Assembly (NCBI GenBank): GCA_038230955.1
Contig: JBBRMG010000001.1
Span: forward strand, 18,312 to 82,311
DNA: 64,000 nt
Direction of reading: 5' to 3'
From: Candidatus Doudnabacteria bacterium
GTDB lineage: Bacteria > Patescibacteriota > Doudnabacteria > UBA920
A model generated the notes under the pieces. It did not search any database. It saw only the letters and a list, made by a program, of their open reading frames with translations, and was not told the origin of the DNA. Positions 10,213 to 19,182 of the stretch are shown in pieces. The first letter of the stretch is position 1, and each line of letters opens with the position of its first letter. The position numbers and the translations under genes are program-made.

Positions 10213-10854
10213 TTATTTTAAATACGTCTTCTCAATTACTGGCAAGCTTTCTTTCAATACCAACATAGTATCGGCTTTCAGCACATCAGTAATATTAAGA
10301 CTTGTAGCAAAAGCGGAATTAATCGCCTGGAGGTTACGGGAAGCACGGACTAATGATTCGTCTTTCTTCGGCAACAAGAACATCTGTTTCTTACCAAGGC
10401 CTTTCAAAGCTTTGTCAAAGCCAGCAATAATCTTGATAAATTCTTTAGTCTTTGGGGTCTCTAATTTAATCCCATCTATAATAATCAACTTACCATCTTT
10501 AGCCTTATCAGATAAAGACATAAACAAAGCTTTAGTCTTCGCTTTCTTGTTGATCTTTAGTTCCCAGTTACGATCGGATGTTGGACCAAAAGTCACACCG
10601 CCGCCACGCCACAGTGGGCTACGGATAGAACCAGCACGAGCTCGGCCAGTCCCCTTTTGCTTGTGAGGCTTTTTACCACCACCAGATACTTCACCACGGT
10701 TCTTTGTATTGGCCAAACCTTTACGAGCATTGGAAGCTTGTACGCGAACAGACTCAGCCATTAAATGAATGGACGGCTTTACTTCAAAAATCCTCGAGTT
10801 CAGTTCGATCTCGCCAATTGTTTCAGCTTTCTGATTGTAGACAGGAACTTTCAT
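10213..10854 (-). CDS. rplD: 50S ribosomal protein L4
   Basis: RGEVSGGGKKPHKQKGTGRARAGSIRSPLWRGGG. Confidence 0.97.
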   Translation of the reverse strand: MKVPVYNQKAETIGEIELNSRIFEVKPSIHLMAESVRVQASNARKGLANTKNRGEVSGGGKKPHKQKGTGRARAGSIRSPLWRGGGVTFGPTSDRNWELKINKKAKTKALFMSLSDKAKDGKLIIIDGIKLETPKTKEFIKIIAGFDKALKGLGKKQMFLLPKKDESLVRASRNLQAINSAFATSLNITDVLKADTMLVLKESLPVIEKTYLK

Positions 10855-10860
10855 AGGAGA

Positions 10861-11556
10861 TTATTTCTTCTTTTTATCGTCTACTATTGGAGCAACAAAT
10901 AATGGTTTGATAATACCAGTGGACATAATCTTAATCATACCGCCACGAGTACCAGGAATAGCACCACGGACAGCTAATAGATGACGGGCTTCATCGATCT
11001 CTACAATCTGGAGATTCTTTACAGTAACGGCTTGAGTGCCCATGTGACCGGCCATGCGCATGCCCTTACGGACGTGCTGAGGGAAACGTTGTCCAATGGA
11101 ACCAACGCTACGAGGTTTGTCGTGACCATGGCTGGCAGGAAAACCGTGAAAACCATGGCGCTTCATAGCCCCGGCAAAGCCGCGGCCTTTCATGATACCA
11201 ACGCAATTGACTACTTCACCGACTTGGAAGATTGAGGCATCAATCTTTTTACCCAGTTCATAGTCCGCTACATCGGAAACACGAAATTCTGTTGTGGCAC
11301 CAATACCGCTACCCTTAGCAGTAGCTGATTCATTGGACTTCTTCAAATGGCCAACCATTGGCTTGTTATGAGAGCGCTTCCCAGAAACGGATGCGGACAC
11401 CCCGACCTGAACAGCAGTATAGCCATCTTTGCCGTCGGCAGTCTTAATCTGAGTAATAAACATTGGAGGCACTTTGACCATAGTAACTGGAATAACTTCA
11501 CCTAATTCAGTGAAGTGGGTAGACATATTCATTTTGGTGCCGACAATAAAGTTCAT
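10861..11556 (-). CDS. rplC: 50S ribosomal protein L3
   Basis: DGYTAVQVG, KGRGFAGAMKRHGF, GMRMAGHMG. Confidence 0.97.
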   Translation of the reverse strand: MNFIVGTKMNMSTHFTELGEVIPVTMVKVPPMFITQIKTADGKDGYTAVQVGVSASVSGKRSHNKPMVGHLKKSNESATAKGSGIGATTEFRVSDVADYELGKKIDASIFQVGEVVNCVGIMKGRGFAGAMKRHGFHGFPASHGHDKPRSVGSIGQRFPQHVRKGMRMAGHMGTQAVTVKNLQIVEIDEARHLLAVRGAIPGTRGGMIKIMSTGIIKPLFVAPIVDDKKKK

Positions 11557-11757
11557 CTAGATTATTTTGGGTTATTCTTGCGTTATTTTGTTACGTTTGG
11601 TTGTGTTTGGAGTATTAAAAAAAGTGGAACCTGTCCACTTACCCATAATAAAAGCTTTTTAAGCTTTACTTCGGATAAATGGTTATCTGGTGGGATTAGC
11701 TGGTTAGGCTGGCATCCGTTAAGAACTCACTTATACTTTAAATTGTGTTTAACTCAA

Positions 11758-12081
11758 TTAGCTCATCTTAATTTCCACGTCCACACCAGCCGGTAAATTG
11801 AGGTTGGTCAGTGAATCTACGGTTTTCGGAGTAGCGTCGAAGATGTCGATCATCCGTTTGTGTACCCGCATTTCAAACTGTTCTCGGCTATCCTTGAACT
11901 TGAAGGTCGCTTTGAGTACGGTGTACTTGGTCTTCTCCGTCGGCAAAGGGACTGGACCAGAAATGGTGGCTCCAGTGCGCTTGGCCGTTTCTACGATCTG
12001 TTTGGCGCTCTGGTCAATCAGTTTATGGTCGTAGGCACGGATTTTGATGCGGATTTTCGGCTTTGCAGCTTCCTTTTCCAT
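11758..12081 (-). CDS. rpsJ: 30S ribosomal protein S10
   Basis: [33 protein letters not shown]; ATG at 12081. Confidence 0.97.
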   Translation of the reverse strand: MEKEAAKPKIRIKIRAYDHKLIDQSAKQIVETAKRTGATISGPVPLPTEKTKYTVLKATFKFKDSREQFEMRVHKRMIDIFDATPKTVDSLTNLNLPAGVDVEIKMS

Positions 12082-12284
12082 GAGATTCGTTAGACTGGAA
12101 TTATAAATTTGTTCCCTGAGCAACGCTCAGAAAATACGACTAATACAAATGTATATAGCCATTAGCGGTATTTTAAATCATTATGAATTAAATGTCAACT
12201 ATTTATGAAAAAGAGGGGTGGTTTTTGCTTGAGAGCAATAACCACCCCATAGAACTTCACGCATCTTCACGATTCAACGAGGAT

Positions 12285-12914
12285 TTAGAACGCCAGACTG
12301 TTTTCAAGTCCATGGTCTGGAACGGTCCAGTCCTCAGGCGTCCAATTCTTCGGCATATTCATTTTGACCTTTGTACGACGGTAAACCAAAATCCATCGTC
12401 CGTCGCCAAACGCATTAGACTTTAGAAATACCAACGTTTCAGGCGCCGCGTCCCCTTCTGGGTCCGCCAACCATTCAGCCGTAAATCCTTTGGCTTGTAA
12501 TATTGACGCATCGTTTTGCGCATCATCCAGAGGATTTGATGTAACGATTTGATAACCGGCAACAGGGTTACCCAACCTTGTCGATAGTTCGAGACGAGTA
12601 AAGTTCACAATGGTATCGTTCCGTAAAAATGCACGGTCCACTTGAGAACTGTTATCTTTCATGACCGGCACATTGCCGCCGCCATGATTATTTAAAACAG
12701 TCAGTACAGCAAGCTGCGCTTCCTTAGTCGAAGTTGCTAATATGGCACCGCCGCCATTATCCGGAAACGGTAAGAAATTGCCACCTCGGAAAAAAGTAAC
12801 GGTAGAATACACTCCTACCAACGTGAAAAGAAGAATGAACGTTTTTGGCGCAAAACTCTTAACGAGATTACTTTTGAAAGTGCTAAAGAATATGATCGCG
12901 GACTCCGACCGCAT
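12285..12914 (-). CDS. hypothetical protein with N-terminal membrane anchor/signal (start uncertain)
   Basis: 209-aa ORF with hydrophobic stretch TFILLFTLVGVYSTVTFF. Confidence 0.55.
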   Translation of the reverse strand: MRSESAIIFFSTFKSNLVKSFAPKTFILLFTLVGVYSTVTFFRGGNFLPFPDNGGGAILATSTKEAQLAVLTVLNNHGGGNVPVMKDNSSQVDRAFLRNDTIVNFTRLELSTRLGNPVAGYQIVTSNPLDDAQNDASILQAKGFTAEWLADPEGDAAPETLVFLKSNAFGDGRWILVYRRTKVKMNMPKNWTPEDWTVPDHGLENSLAF

Positions 12915-13446
12915 AACCGACCGAGACTACAACCAAATGGACTACCACGCCACCCACGATAACAATTGCCCAATCACCTATTGAAAACGTTATATAAAAA
13001 GCCACTGCAATTAATGCACCTAGCGTCGAGTCCAGTTGGTCGTAAGGAAACCAAGTCTGTCCCGATGGAATATCTATAGCCCGCTTAAAAAAACTTTTAA
13101 TTGCATCCCCAGCTAAGGCGCCAAAGCCGAGCAGAAACCCTAATATTAAAGGGTTGGCAGATTTATAAAACTGCGGTAATTTGTCGGCTAATGCCGGCCA
13201 CCCGGTAACCAAAGAAAATTGCAACACAGTAATAATAACCCCGACAATCACTCCAGCTATAAGCCCGCGAATGGTTTTATGATCACCTAATACACGGCGG
13301 CCACGAATTTTCGCATGAAAATCTAGTGGGTGCGACCATCTGGACAACACAGGCATTTTCGCTACTAATACCGGCGCCATATTAGCAACAATGGCTGGCA
13401 AAAATAACCAGCATAGAAATGCAAATTCTTTTAGAAAATTATTCAT
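12883..13446 (-). CDS. CDP-archaeol synthase (CarS)-like cytidylyltransferase
   Basis: PAIVANMAPV, PLD...GRRVLGDHKTIRG, GDAIKSFFKR, PYDQLD match my recollection of the CarS/DUF46 family. Confidence 0.85.
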   Translation of the reverse strand: MNNFLKEFAFLCWLFLPAIVANMAPVLVAKMPVLSRWSHPLDFHAKIRGRRVLGDHKTIRGLIAGVIVGVIITVLQFSLVTGWPALADKLPQFYKSANPLILGFLLGFGALAGDAIKSFFKRAIDIPSGQTWFPYDQLDSTLGALIAVAFYITFSIGDWAIVIVGGVVVHLVVVSVGYAVGVRDHIL

Positions 13447-14101
13447 ATGAGATTAAACCCAATCTTTTTTTCCATCTATTAATAGTAGGGTACAAATAAG
13501 CAGACAAGGGTGAATACTCCATCACTAAGTGGGCCTGCGCCAACTGCCCTAACAAATTAGTTCGAGTCGGCGGCTCCGCCAACTCTGTATACGCAGTACC
13601 CAAACCACTTTGCCCATGAGCATCACTCGAACTGGCAACAACAATATTGTACACTCGTGCAAACTCCACTGCCATATTATATTTGCCTCGACCCCACCCA
13701 CGACTATTAAACGCTTCGACAATATCTATGCCGGAGTGATGCTGTTCCAAGTCAGCCTTGTTTAAGCTGTGCCGCCCCAGCTCAAATGGATGGGGAATGT
13801 ACACCAACCCATCTTGTTCTTTAATAGAGCTAATTGTCTCCCCCACCGACAAACCCGCGGGAATTCGTTCCGATAAGTAGAGTCCAATAATTTCTCCACC
13901 TAAACTCAAAATTTCTTCACCAATAATAATCTGATCCCCAATTTTATTGCGTAGGCTCACAGCATTACGAATCTCCTCATGATCTGTAATAGCAATGTAA
14001 TTCAACTGGCCAGCCGCCAATATACTGGAATACTCAAAAGCTTGCACTCCCCCATCCTGTGATACAATTGAGTGGGTATGAAAATCTACTTTAAATGACA
14101 T
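13439..14101 (-). CDS. PHP-domain metal-dependent phosphoesterase
   Basis: DFHTHS, IAITDH, GEEI, IPHP, EAFN, SSDAH; likely start ATG at 14101. Confidence 0.88.
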   Translation of the reverse strand: MSFKVDFHTHSIVSQDGGVQAFEYSSILAAGQLNYIAITDHEEIRNAVSLRNKIGDQIIIGEEILSLGGEIIGLYLSERIPAGLSVGETISSIKEQDGLVYIPHPFELGRHSLNKADLEQHHSGIDIVEAFNSRGWGRGKYNMAVEFARVYNIVVASSSDAHGQSGLGTAYTELAEPPTRTNLLGQLAQAHLVMEYSPLSAYLYPTINRWKKRLGLISYE

Positions 14102-14696
14102 GTTAAAATATTTAAAACCATATACCGAATCTGCTTTGCAGAAATTGTTAAGGCATGCGCCTCGCATCAATCCGAATATTATCACGATAGCGGGCTTATT
14201 ACCACCTATCTTTTTTATGTACTTTTTAATTCAGGGTCGATACGGCTGGGCCATACTGTTTTTCTTTGGCGCTTTGCTCGATTTAATAGATGGGGCTTAT
14301 GCTCGCATGACCCATCAGGACACAAAATTTGGAGCAGTATTGGACGCCAGTCTCGACCGAATATCTGATGCAATTATTATCACTGCTTTTGGGTTTGCTG
14401 GGTTAGTTAGTTGGTGGTTATGCGTGGCATTGCTTACAGCGTCCGTCACTATTAGCTACATCAAAGCGCGGGGCGAAGTTTACGCGCCGAGAGCCAAAGC
14501 ATTATCCGTCGGACCCATTGAACGGGCCGAACGGTTGGCATTACTTGCTCTGGGCTTAATTTTATTGGCACTATTCACCAACCGAGAAGCAGGCCACACA
14601 ATTTTATACTATGATTTTGTCATTCTCATTGTACTTTCGAGCATAACAGTTATCCGACGCTTACTAGCAGCACATAAAATTCTGGCTGGGAAATAA
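14100..14696 (+). CDS. CDP-alcohol phosphatidyltransferase (PgsA/PIP synthase-like)
   Basis: PNIIT, DLIDGAYAR...FGAVLDASLDRISD signature, SYIKAR, ERAER. Confidence 0.92.
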   Translation: MLKYLKPYTESALQKLLRHAPRINPNIITIAGLLPPIFFMYFLIQGRYGWAILFFFGALLDLIDGAYARMTHQDTKFGAVLDASLDRISDAIIITAFGFAGLVSWWLCVALLTASVTISYIKARGEVYAPRAKALSVGPIERAERLALLALGLILLALFTNREAGHTILYYDFVILIVLSSITVIRRLLAAHKILAGK

Positions 14697-14755
14697 AAAA
14701 ATGGGGCAAACAAAATTGTTCACCCCACAAAACTGCAAAAATTTTTGATTACCTG

Positions 14756-15351
14756 CTAGTTAAATCGCATTGTTGCTACGGGACTATTGTTAAAATCAAT
14801 AGCTTTACGGATCTGATACGACAACGCATTCGTTGTCAGGTCAATGACGTCATTGCCCGCCCAAACATTAATGCCTGAATTCTCTTGTGCAAGTGGCCTC
14901 CACATCATGCGCAACAAATTATTGTAAGGCCTCAATTCATCGCACAGGTCAAACACTGCTTTTTATCCGTTTTATAAAGCAGCGATACGGAATGCACTCG
15001 ATTGATAGTACGCGGCATTGAAGATTTAAGCATGTTTAGATTTCTGGCTAATGCCTCGCCCATATATGGACCCACGTCACCAGAAATTGCCACGATGCCG
15101 CCTATGTGAGCCTGAGCGATATTGCTAAAAATATTGGCCACTCTACCAGTTTCATAAATCATGACATTACAGGTCCGAAGATTGTTTTTGTATTTGACTC
15201 CCTCTTGCTCGAGCAATTTAATCATCTCTTTAGGGGCTGTTTCATTACCCAAACATGCAACCACATTTAAGTTTAAAACCAACAGCTTTCTAACTAATAG
15301 ATACAAGAACATGTCAGCCTCGTATCCAAAGATTACAACTGGATTGTTCAT
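14756..15351 (-). pseudogene. frameshift-split paralog of the adjacent 15407-15985 gene (ORFs 14932-15351 and 14756-14956)
   Basis: N-terminus NPVVIFGYEADMFLYLLVRKLL resembles DPIIIFASEATNLLFCLVVKLL; downstream ORF MMWRPLAQENSGI resembles AIWHGLAKNSPGI; frames join at the A5 run 14960-14964. Confidence 0.6.
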
Positions 15352-15406
15352 TGATGCACCTCCACAGAATTGTCATCCAAATTTAGAACTTAATACAGAT
15401 CCAAGA

Positions 15407-15985
15407 TTATACAGCACCGACCGTTTCGGCGTTTTTTCTTGTTATTGCCACATCGACCAAACTTGCAATGCTATCAACCGAGTCAGCGCTACCAATGTAA
15501 GCAATGCCGGGAGAGTTCTTGGCAAGACCATGCCATATGGCTTTCATTTTTGGGTTCAAAAATTGCTGGTGCGCCCTTATCTCGCCAATAATTTTTTCGC
15601 CCATCAAAGCAATAACACAGACAACAGCAATTTCGGACACGGTTTTAGGAAGCATGCCTCTGTTAAAATTGACATTATCCACCAAAGCCAATTCCGAATA
15701 GCCACCCCGACCAACCACACCTATTATGCCGCCCAGCGAAACCGGATTACCCATGTAACGGAACAACTCCTTGATTCTTTCTCTGTCAATAATGTGGGCA
15801 AATTGGATATCCAGATTACCCCCATAGGACTCCTTGTTTTCGTAGAACAAGCCGTCCAACTGAGTCTTGGCAAGCTCACTGGCCATACAAACAACGACTT
15901 GGCGATTATAGCTCAACAGCTTAACCACCAAGCAAAATAACAAATTTGTCGCCTCGCTGGCGAAAATTATAATTGGATCTTTCAT
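15407..15985 (-). CDS. hypothetical protein, possibly a degenerate Rossmann/SDR-like fold
   Basis: GGAGG SD before ATG 15985; beta-alpha-beta-like N-terminal pattern without the Gly-rich motif. Confidence 0.6.
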   Translation of the reverse strand: MKDPIIIFASEATNLLFCLVVKLLSYNRQVVVCMASELAKTQLDGLFYENKESYGGNLDIQFAHIIDRERIKELFRYMGNPVSLGGIIGVVGRGGYSELALVDNVNFNRGMLPKTVSEIAVVCVIALMGEKIIGEIRAHQQFLNPKMKAIWHGLAKNSPGIAYIGSADSVDSIASLVDVAITRKNAETVGAV

Positions 15986-16131
15986 CTTTTCCTCCCGAAA
16001 ATTTTTTACCAAAATTTAAACCACCAGTCATCCTACCTCAAAACCCGAAATTAATCAAGCCTAGCAATAAAAAAAGACCCCCTTACGGAGGCCTTTTAAA
16101 TATAAGATTTACCTAGTAACTGCGAAAAGAA

Positions 16132-17319
16132 TTACTTAGTAATTTTGACTACCACGCCGGCACCAACTGTGCGGCCACCTTCGCGAATAGCAAACTTACC
16201 TTTTTCTTCCAAAGCGATCGGAGTGATCAACTTGACGGTAACAGTAACTGTATCGCCAGGCATAACCATTTCCTGACCATCAGGAAGGATGACTTCACCA
16301 GTCACGTCGGTTGTACGAACGTAGAACTGAGGTTTGTAACCTTTGAAGAATGGAGTGTGACGTCCACCTTCTTCTTTGGTCAAAACATAAATTTCAGCAT
16401 CGAATTCAGTATGAGGAGTAATAGAACCTGGCTTGGCCAAAACCTGACCACGTTCTACTTCTTCTTTCTTGATACCACGGAGCAACAAACCAGCGTTGTC
16501 ACCGGCCATACCGGAATCCAACTGCTTGTTAAACATTTCAATACCAGTCACAACAGTCTTAGTAGTTGGGCGAATACCGACGATTTCAACATCATTGTTG
16601 ATGTTAATTTCACCACGTTCAATACGACCAGTAACTACAGTACCACGACCTTCAATAGTGAAGATGTCTTCGATAGGCATGAGGAAAGGAAGATCTGTAG
16701 CACGAACTGGATCTGGAATAAATGTGTCCAAAGCATCCATTAACTTATGAATAGATGGTTCGCCCAAGTCAGATGTGTCGCCTTCCAAAGCTTTCAAAGC
16801 GGAACCACGGATAACCGGAGTATCCTTACCTGGGAATTCATACTTGGTCAAAAGATCACGAATTTCTTCTTCAACTAAATCAAGAAGTTCTGCGTCTTGC
16901 ACCATATCACACTTGTTCATGTAAACAACGATGTGAGGCACACCAACTTGCTTAGCAAGCAAGATGTGTTCACGGGTCTGAGGCATAGGACCATCAGTAG
17001 CGGAGACTACGAGGATAGCGCCATCCATTTGAGCCGCACCGGTAATCATATTCTTAATGTAGTCGGCGTGACCAGGACAGTCAACGTGAGCGTAGTGACG
17101 CTTGGCTGTTTCGTATTCTGCGTGTGAGGTATTAATCGTAATACCACGGGCCTTTTCTTCAGGGGCGTTGTCAATGCTCGAGTAATCGCGAGCTTTGGCG
17201 CCACCGGTCTTGGCCAATACCGTTGTGATAGCCGCAGTCAAAGTGGTCTTACCGTGGTCAACGTGACCAATGGTACCGACGTTAACGTGCGTCTTGGAAC
17301 GGTCAAACTTTTCTGCCAT
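16132..17319 (-). CDS. tuf: elongation factor Tu
   Basis: [23 protein letters not shown]. Confidence 0.99.
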   Translation of the reverse strand: MAEKFDRSKTHVNVGTIGHVDHGKTTLTAAITTVLAKTGGAKARDYSSIDNAPEEKARGITINTSHAEYETAKRHYAHVDCPGHADYIKNMITGAAQMDGAILVVSATDGPMPQTREHILLAKQVGVPHIVVYMNKCDMVQDAELLDLVEEEIRDLLTKYEFPGKDTPVIRGSALKALEGDTSDLGEPSIHKLMDALDTFIPDPVRATDLPFLMPIEDIFTIEGRGTVVTGRIERGEININNDVEIVGIRPTTKTVVTGIEMFNKQLDSGMAGDNAGLLLRGIKKEEVERGQVLAKPGSITPHTEFDAEIYVLTKEEGGRHTPFFKGYKPQFYVRTTDVTGEVILPDGQEMVMPGDTVTVTVKLITPIALEEKGKFAIREGGRTVGAGVVVKITK

Positions 17320-17367
17320 GTGTTCGTACCTTTCTTGCTGACTACAAAGTAGCGCAGCGATTCACCC

Positions 17368-17455
17368 GAGATGTCCCTCTCTCCATCCCCTCTGCCGGCC
17401 ACCTTAACACATTATAGTGTCGAGTGGCATCGAGGAGGTAAAGAGAGGGTATCTC
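17368..17455 (-). promoter_or_regulatory. long hairpin in the tuf 5' leader
   Basis: GAGATgtCCCTCTCT/AGAGAGGGtATCTC base stem with further nested helices (GCCAC/GTGGC, ACAC/GTGT). Confidence 0.5.
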
Positions 17456-17540
17456 TTTTTTTCCTGCTGGAATCCAGAGTGAATAATTAATTATTGATAG
17501 ACAAAAATATGACGGCAAAATACATTGCCAGTCAAGAGTT

Positions 17541-17569
17541 ATTATAATGAGATACCCACCAGCCGTCAA
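17541..17569 (-). promoter_or_regulatory. sigma70-type promoter upstream of tuf
   Basis: TTGACG-N17-TATAAT on the minus strand. Confidence 0.6.
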
Positions 17570-17619
17570 GTTTTAGGATGATTCGCCCAATCCCCCGCGC
17601 CATGGTAAATTACCATAGT

Positions 17620-18096
17620 ATGAATAATGAACCAACGACCAAAATTCTTATCGCCTACAGCACTCTAACCAATAATACGGCCGATGCCGCCACGGCTCTT
17701 CATGAGTCCTTGCGAACAGACTTTCCGGCGCGAATTTTTGAGCTACTTAATATAATCGATATAACTATTGCCCAATTCGCCAATTACGACTTGGTTATTT
17801 TTGGTTCGCCCACCTGGGACGATGGTCCGACTGGCGACACCGAAGCTCTACTCCAAAACCTCGAGGCAACAAAGCCAGATTTGTCCGGTCAAAAATTTGC
17901 CCTATTTGGCTTGGGTGATAAATCTTACGAACCATTCTTCTGCGCCTCTATCTATGAAGTGAAGAAACAATTTGAGAAATATGGCGCACATGTTTTTGCC
18001 GATGTCCATACAATTGACGGCTACCCAATTGATACATTACTAGCCGAACTCGCTCAGTGGGGCAAAACTGTTATTGCAAATATAAATAAGATATAA
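17620..18096 (+). CDS. flavodoxin
   Basis: ILIAYSTLTNNT, IFGSPTWDDG, FALFGLGDKSY..FC. Confidence 0.9.
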   Translation: MNNEPTTKILIAYSTLTNNTADAATALHESLRTDFPARIFELLNIIDITIAQFANYDLVIFGSPTWDDGPTGDTEALLQNLEATKPDLSGQKFALFGLGDKSYEPFFCASIYEVKKQFEKYGAHVFADVHTIDGYPIDTLLAELAQWGKTVIANINKI

Positions 18097-18157
18097 ACTA
18101 AACTTTACTTTTTATTTAGGGGAATTTGATAGGCGTTTGTGTACCATAAATTTGCGT

Positions 18158-18233
18158 GGGCCAGTCGTCTAACTAGTTAGGACAGGTCCTTGTCAAAGAT
18201 CAAACCCGGGTGCAAGACCCGGCTGGTCCACCA
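18158..18233 (+). tRNA. atypical tRNA, anticodon GTC (Asp) with Ala-type acceptor stem
   Basis: 76-nt cloverleaf with encoded CCA: acceptor GGGCCAG/CTGGTCC, D stem GTCT/GGAC, loop TTGTCAA, T stem CCGGG/CCCGG; non-canonical D loop (no GG) and T loop (TGCAAGA). Confidence 0.75.
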
Positions 18234-18238
18234 TTGAC

Positions 18239-18266
18239 TTGACATGGTAGCAAGTCGTGCTAGAAT
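18239..18266 (+). promoter_or_regulatory. sigma70-type promoter directly after the tRNA
   Basis: TTGACA-N16-TAGAAT with extended -10 TGn. Confidence 0.5.
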
Positions 18267-18272
18267 AATAGT

Positions 18273-18345
18273 ACTTTGACAAGGATCATGGGTATAGAAA
18301 CTTGCACCCAAAAAAAACAGCTCTCAGAAATGAGAGCTGTTTTTG
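18273..18345 (+). ncRNA. candidate ~70-nt small RNA complementary to the upstream tRNA
   Basis: Lies between the promoter and the terminator; 18274-18287 pairs with tRNA 18185-18198 and 18301-18309 pairs with tRNA 18208-18216. Confidence 0.4.
18311..18344. terminator. bidirectional intrinsic terminator
   Basis: A-run, ACAGCTCTCA-GAAA-TGAGAGCTGT, T-run. Confidence 0.8.
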
Positions 18346-18362
18346 TATCCCTTATTATCTTT

Positions 18363-18698
18363 CTAGATATCTTCAAACTCAGTTTGAATGGCTTCGTCAT
18401 CACCGCTACCGTAATCAAAATTAGGATCCATGACTTCGGCGCGCAAATCTACCCTCTGTGGTTTTGGGCTACTAGTGTATGTGTTGGGCATGATCGGCGC
18501 TTCAGCCAACTGAGCTTCAGTAATTTGCCGATTTATACTCTCAATGTCTTCTATCTGATGTTTTAATTTACCCAACAATAAACGCTCATACTCATCAACA
18601 CCCAAAATGACTAACTTAATATCGCCAGACTCGTCCATAATGAATGTTTTGCCAGTGTCGTTCTGAACTAGTTTTATAATATCTTGTAGAGAGGTCAT
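18363..18698 (-). CDS. hypothetical protein with Phd/YefM-like N-terminal pattern and acidic tail
   Basis: LQDIIKLV...TFIMDESGDIKLVILGVDEYERL. Confidence 0.6.
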   Translation of the reverse strand: MTSLQDIIKLVQNDTGKTFIMDESGDIKLVILGVDEYERLLLGKLKHQIEDIESINRQITEAQLAEAPIMPNTYTSSPKPQRVDLRAEVMDPNFDYGSGDDEAIQTEFEDI

Positions 18699-18781
18699 AT
18701 ATTGACAAATGAATTAGTGTCCCCTATTATATCCTATAACCTCAGAAGGTTCAATGCAGAAAAAACGAAGGAGATATCGCA

Positions 18782-19003
18782 ATGGCAACATATTTTGTTA
18801 GTGGACAACACGTTAAATCAATTCCTGGATTTGGCAACACACCAAACCCTTCTCACTTCGAGATAATCATTGAAGGACCAATAATAAGATCCCAATCGGA
18901 CTACCAGACTCATATTCGAGACCAGGTTGTCGATAAGCTTGACCTCGATACAAGCAAGGATCTTCTGTGGATTAAAACCTGCAATGTCCTCTTTAAGACA
19001 TAG
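18782..19003 (+). CDS. small hypothetical protein
   Basis: AAGGAG SD, ATG start, downstream terminator GCCGCCCGGA/TCCGAGCGGC plus T run. Confidence 0.6.
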   Translation: MATYFVSGQHVKSIPGFGNTPNPSHFEIIIEGPIIRSQSDYQTHIRDQVVDKLDLDTSKDLLWIKTCNVLFKT

Positions 19004-19182
19004 CTATTTGCTTGTTGATTACCAAAAACGCCGCCCGGACCAAAATCCGAGCGGCATCTTTTTTTATAATATCTTGGTGAAGGTTGTAATTTTATCTATA
19101 TATCTCTCAGTATTACTTAAGAAAACCATTGGAGCAACGCGACTGGTTTTCGTAGTAATACTGAAAGATACTAATGTTAATA

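Noticed and set aside
18158-18233. tmRNA, given the G3:U70 acceptor stem
   Set aside because: It closes as a 76-nt cloverleaf with an anticodon arm; there is no tag reading frame or pseudoknot region.
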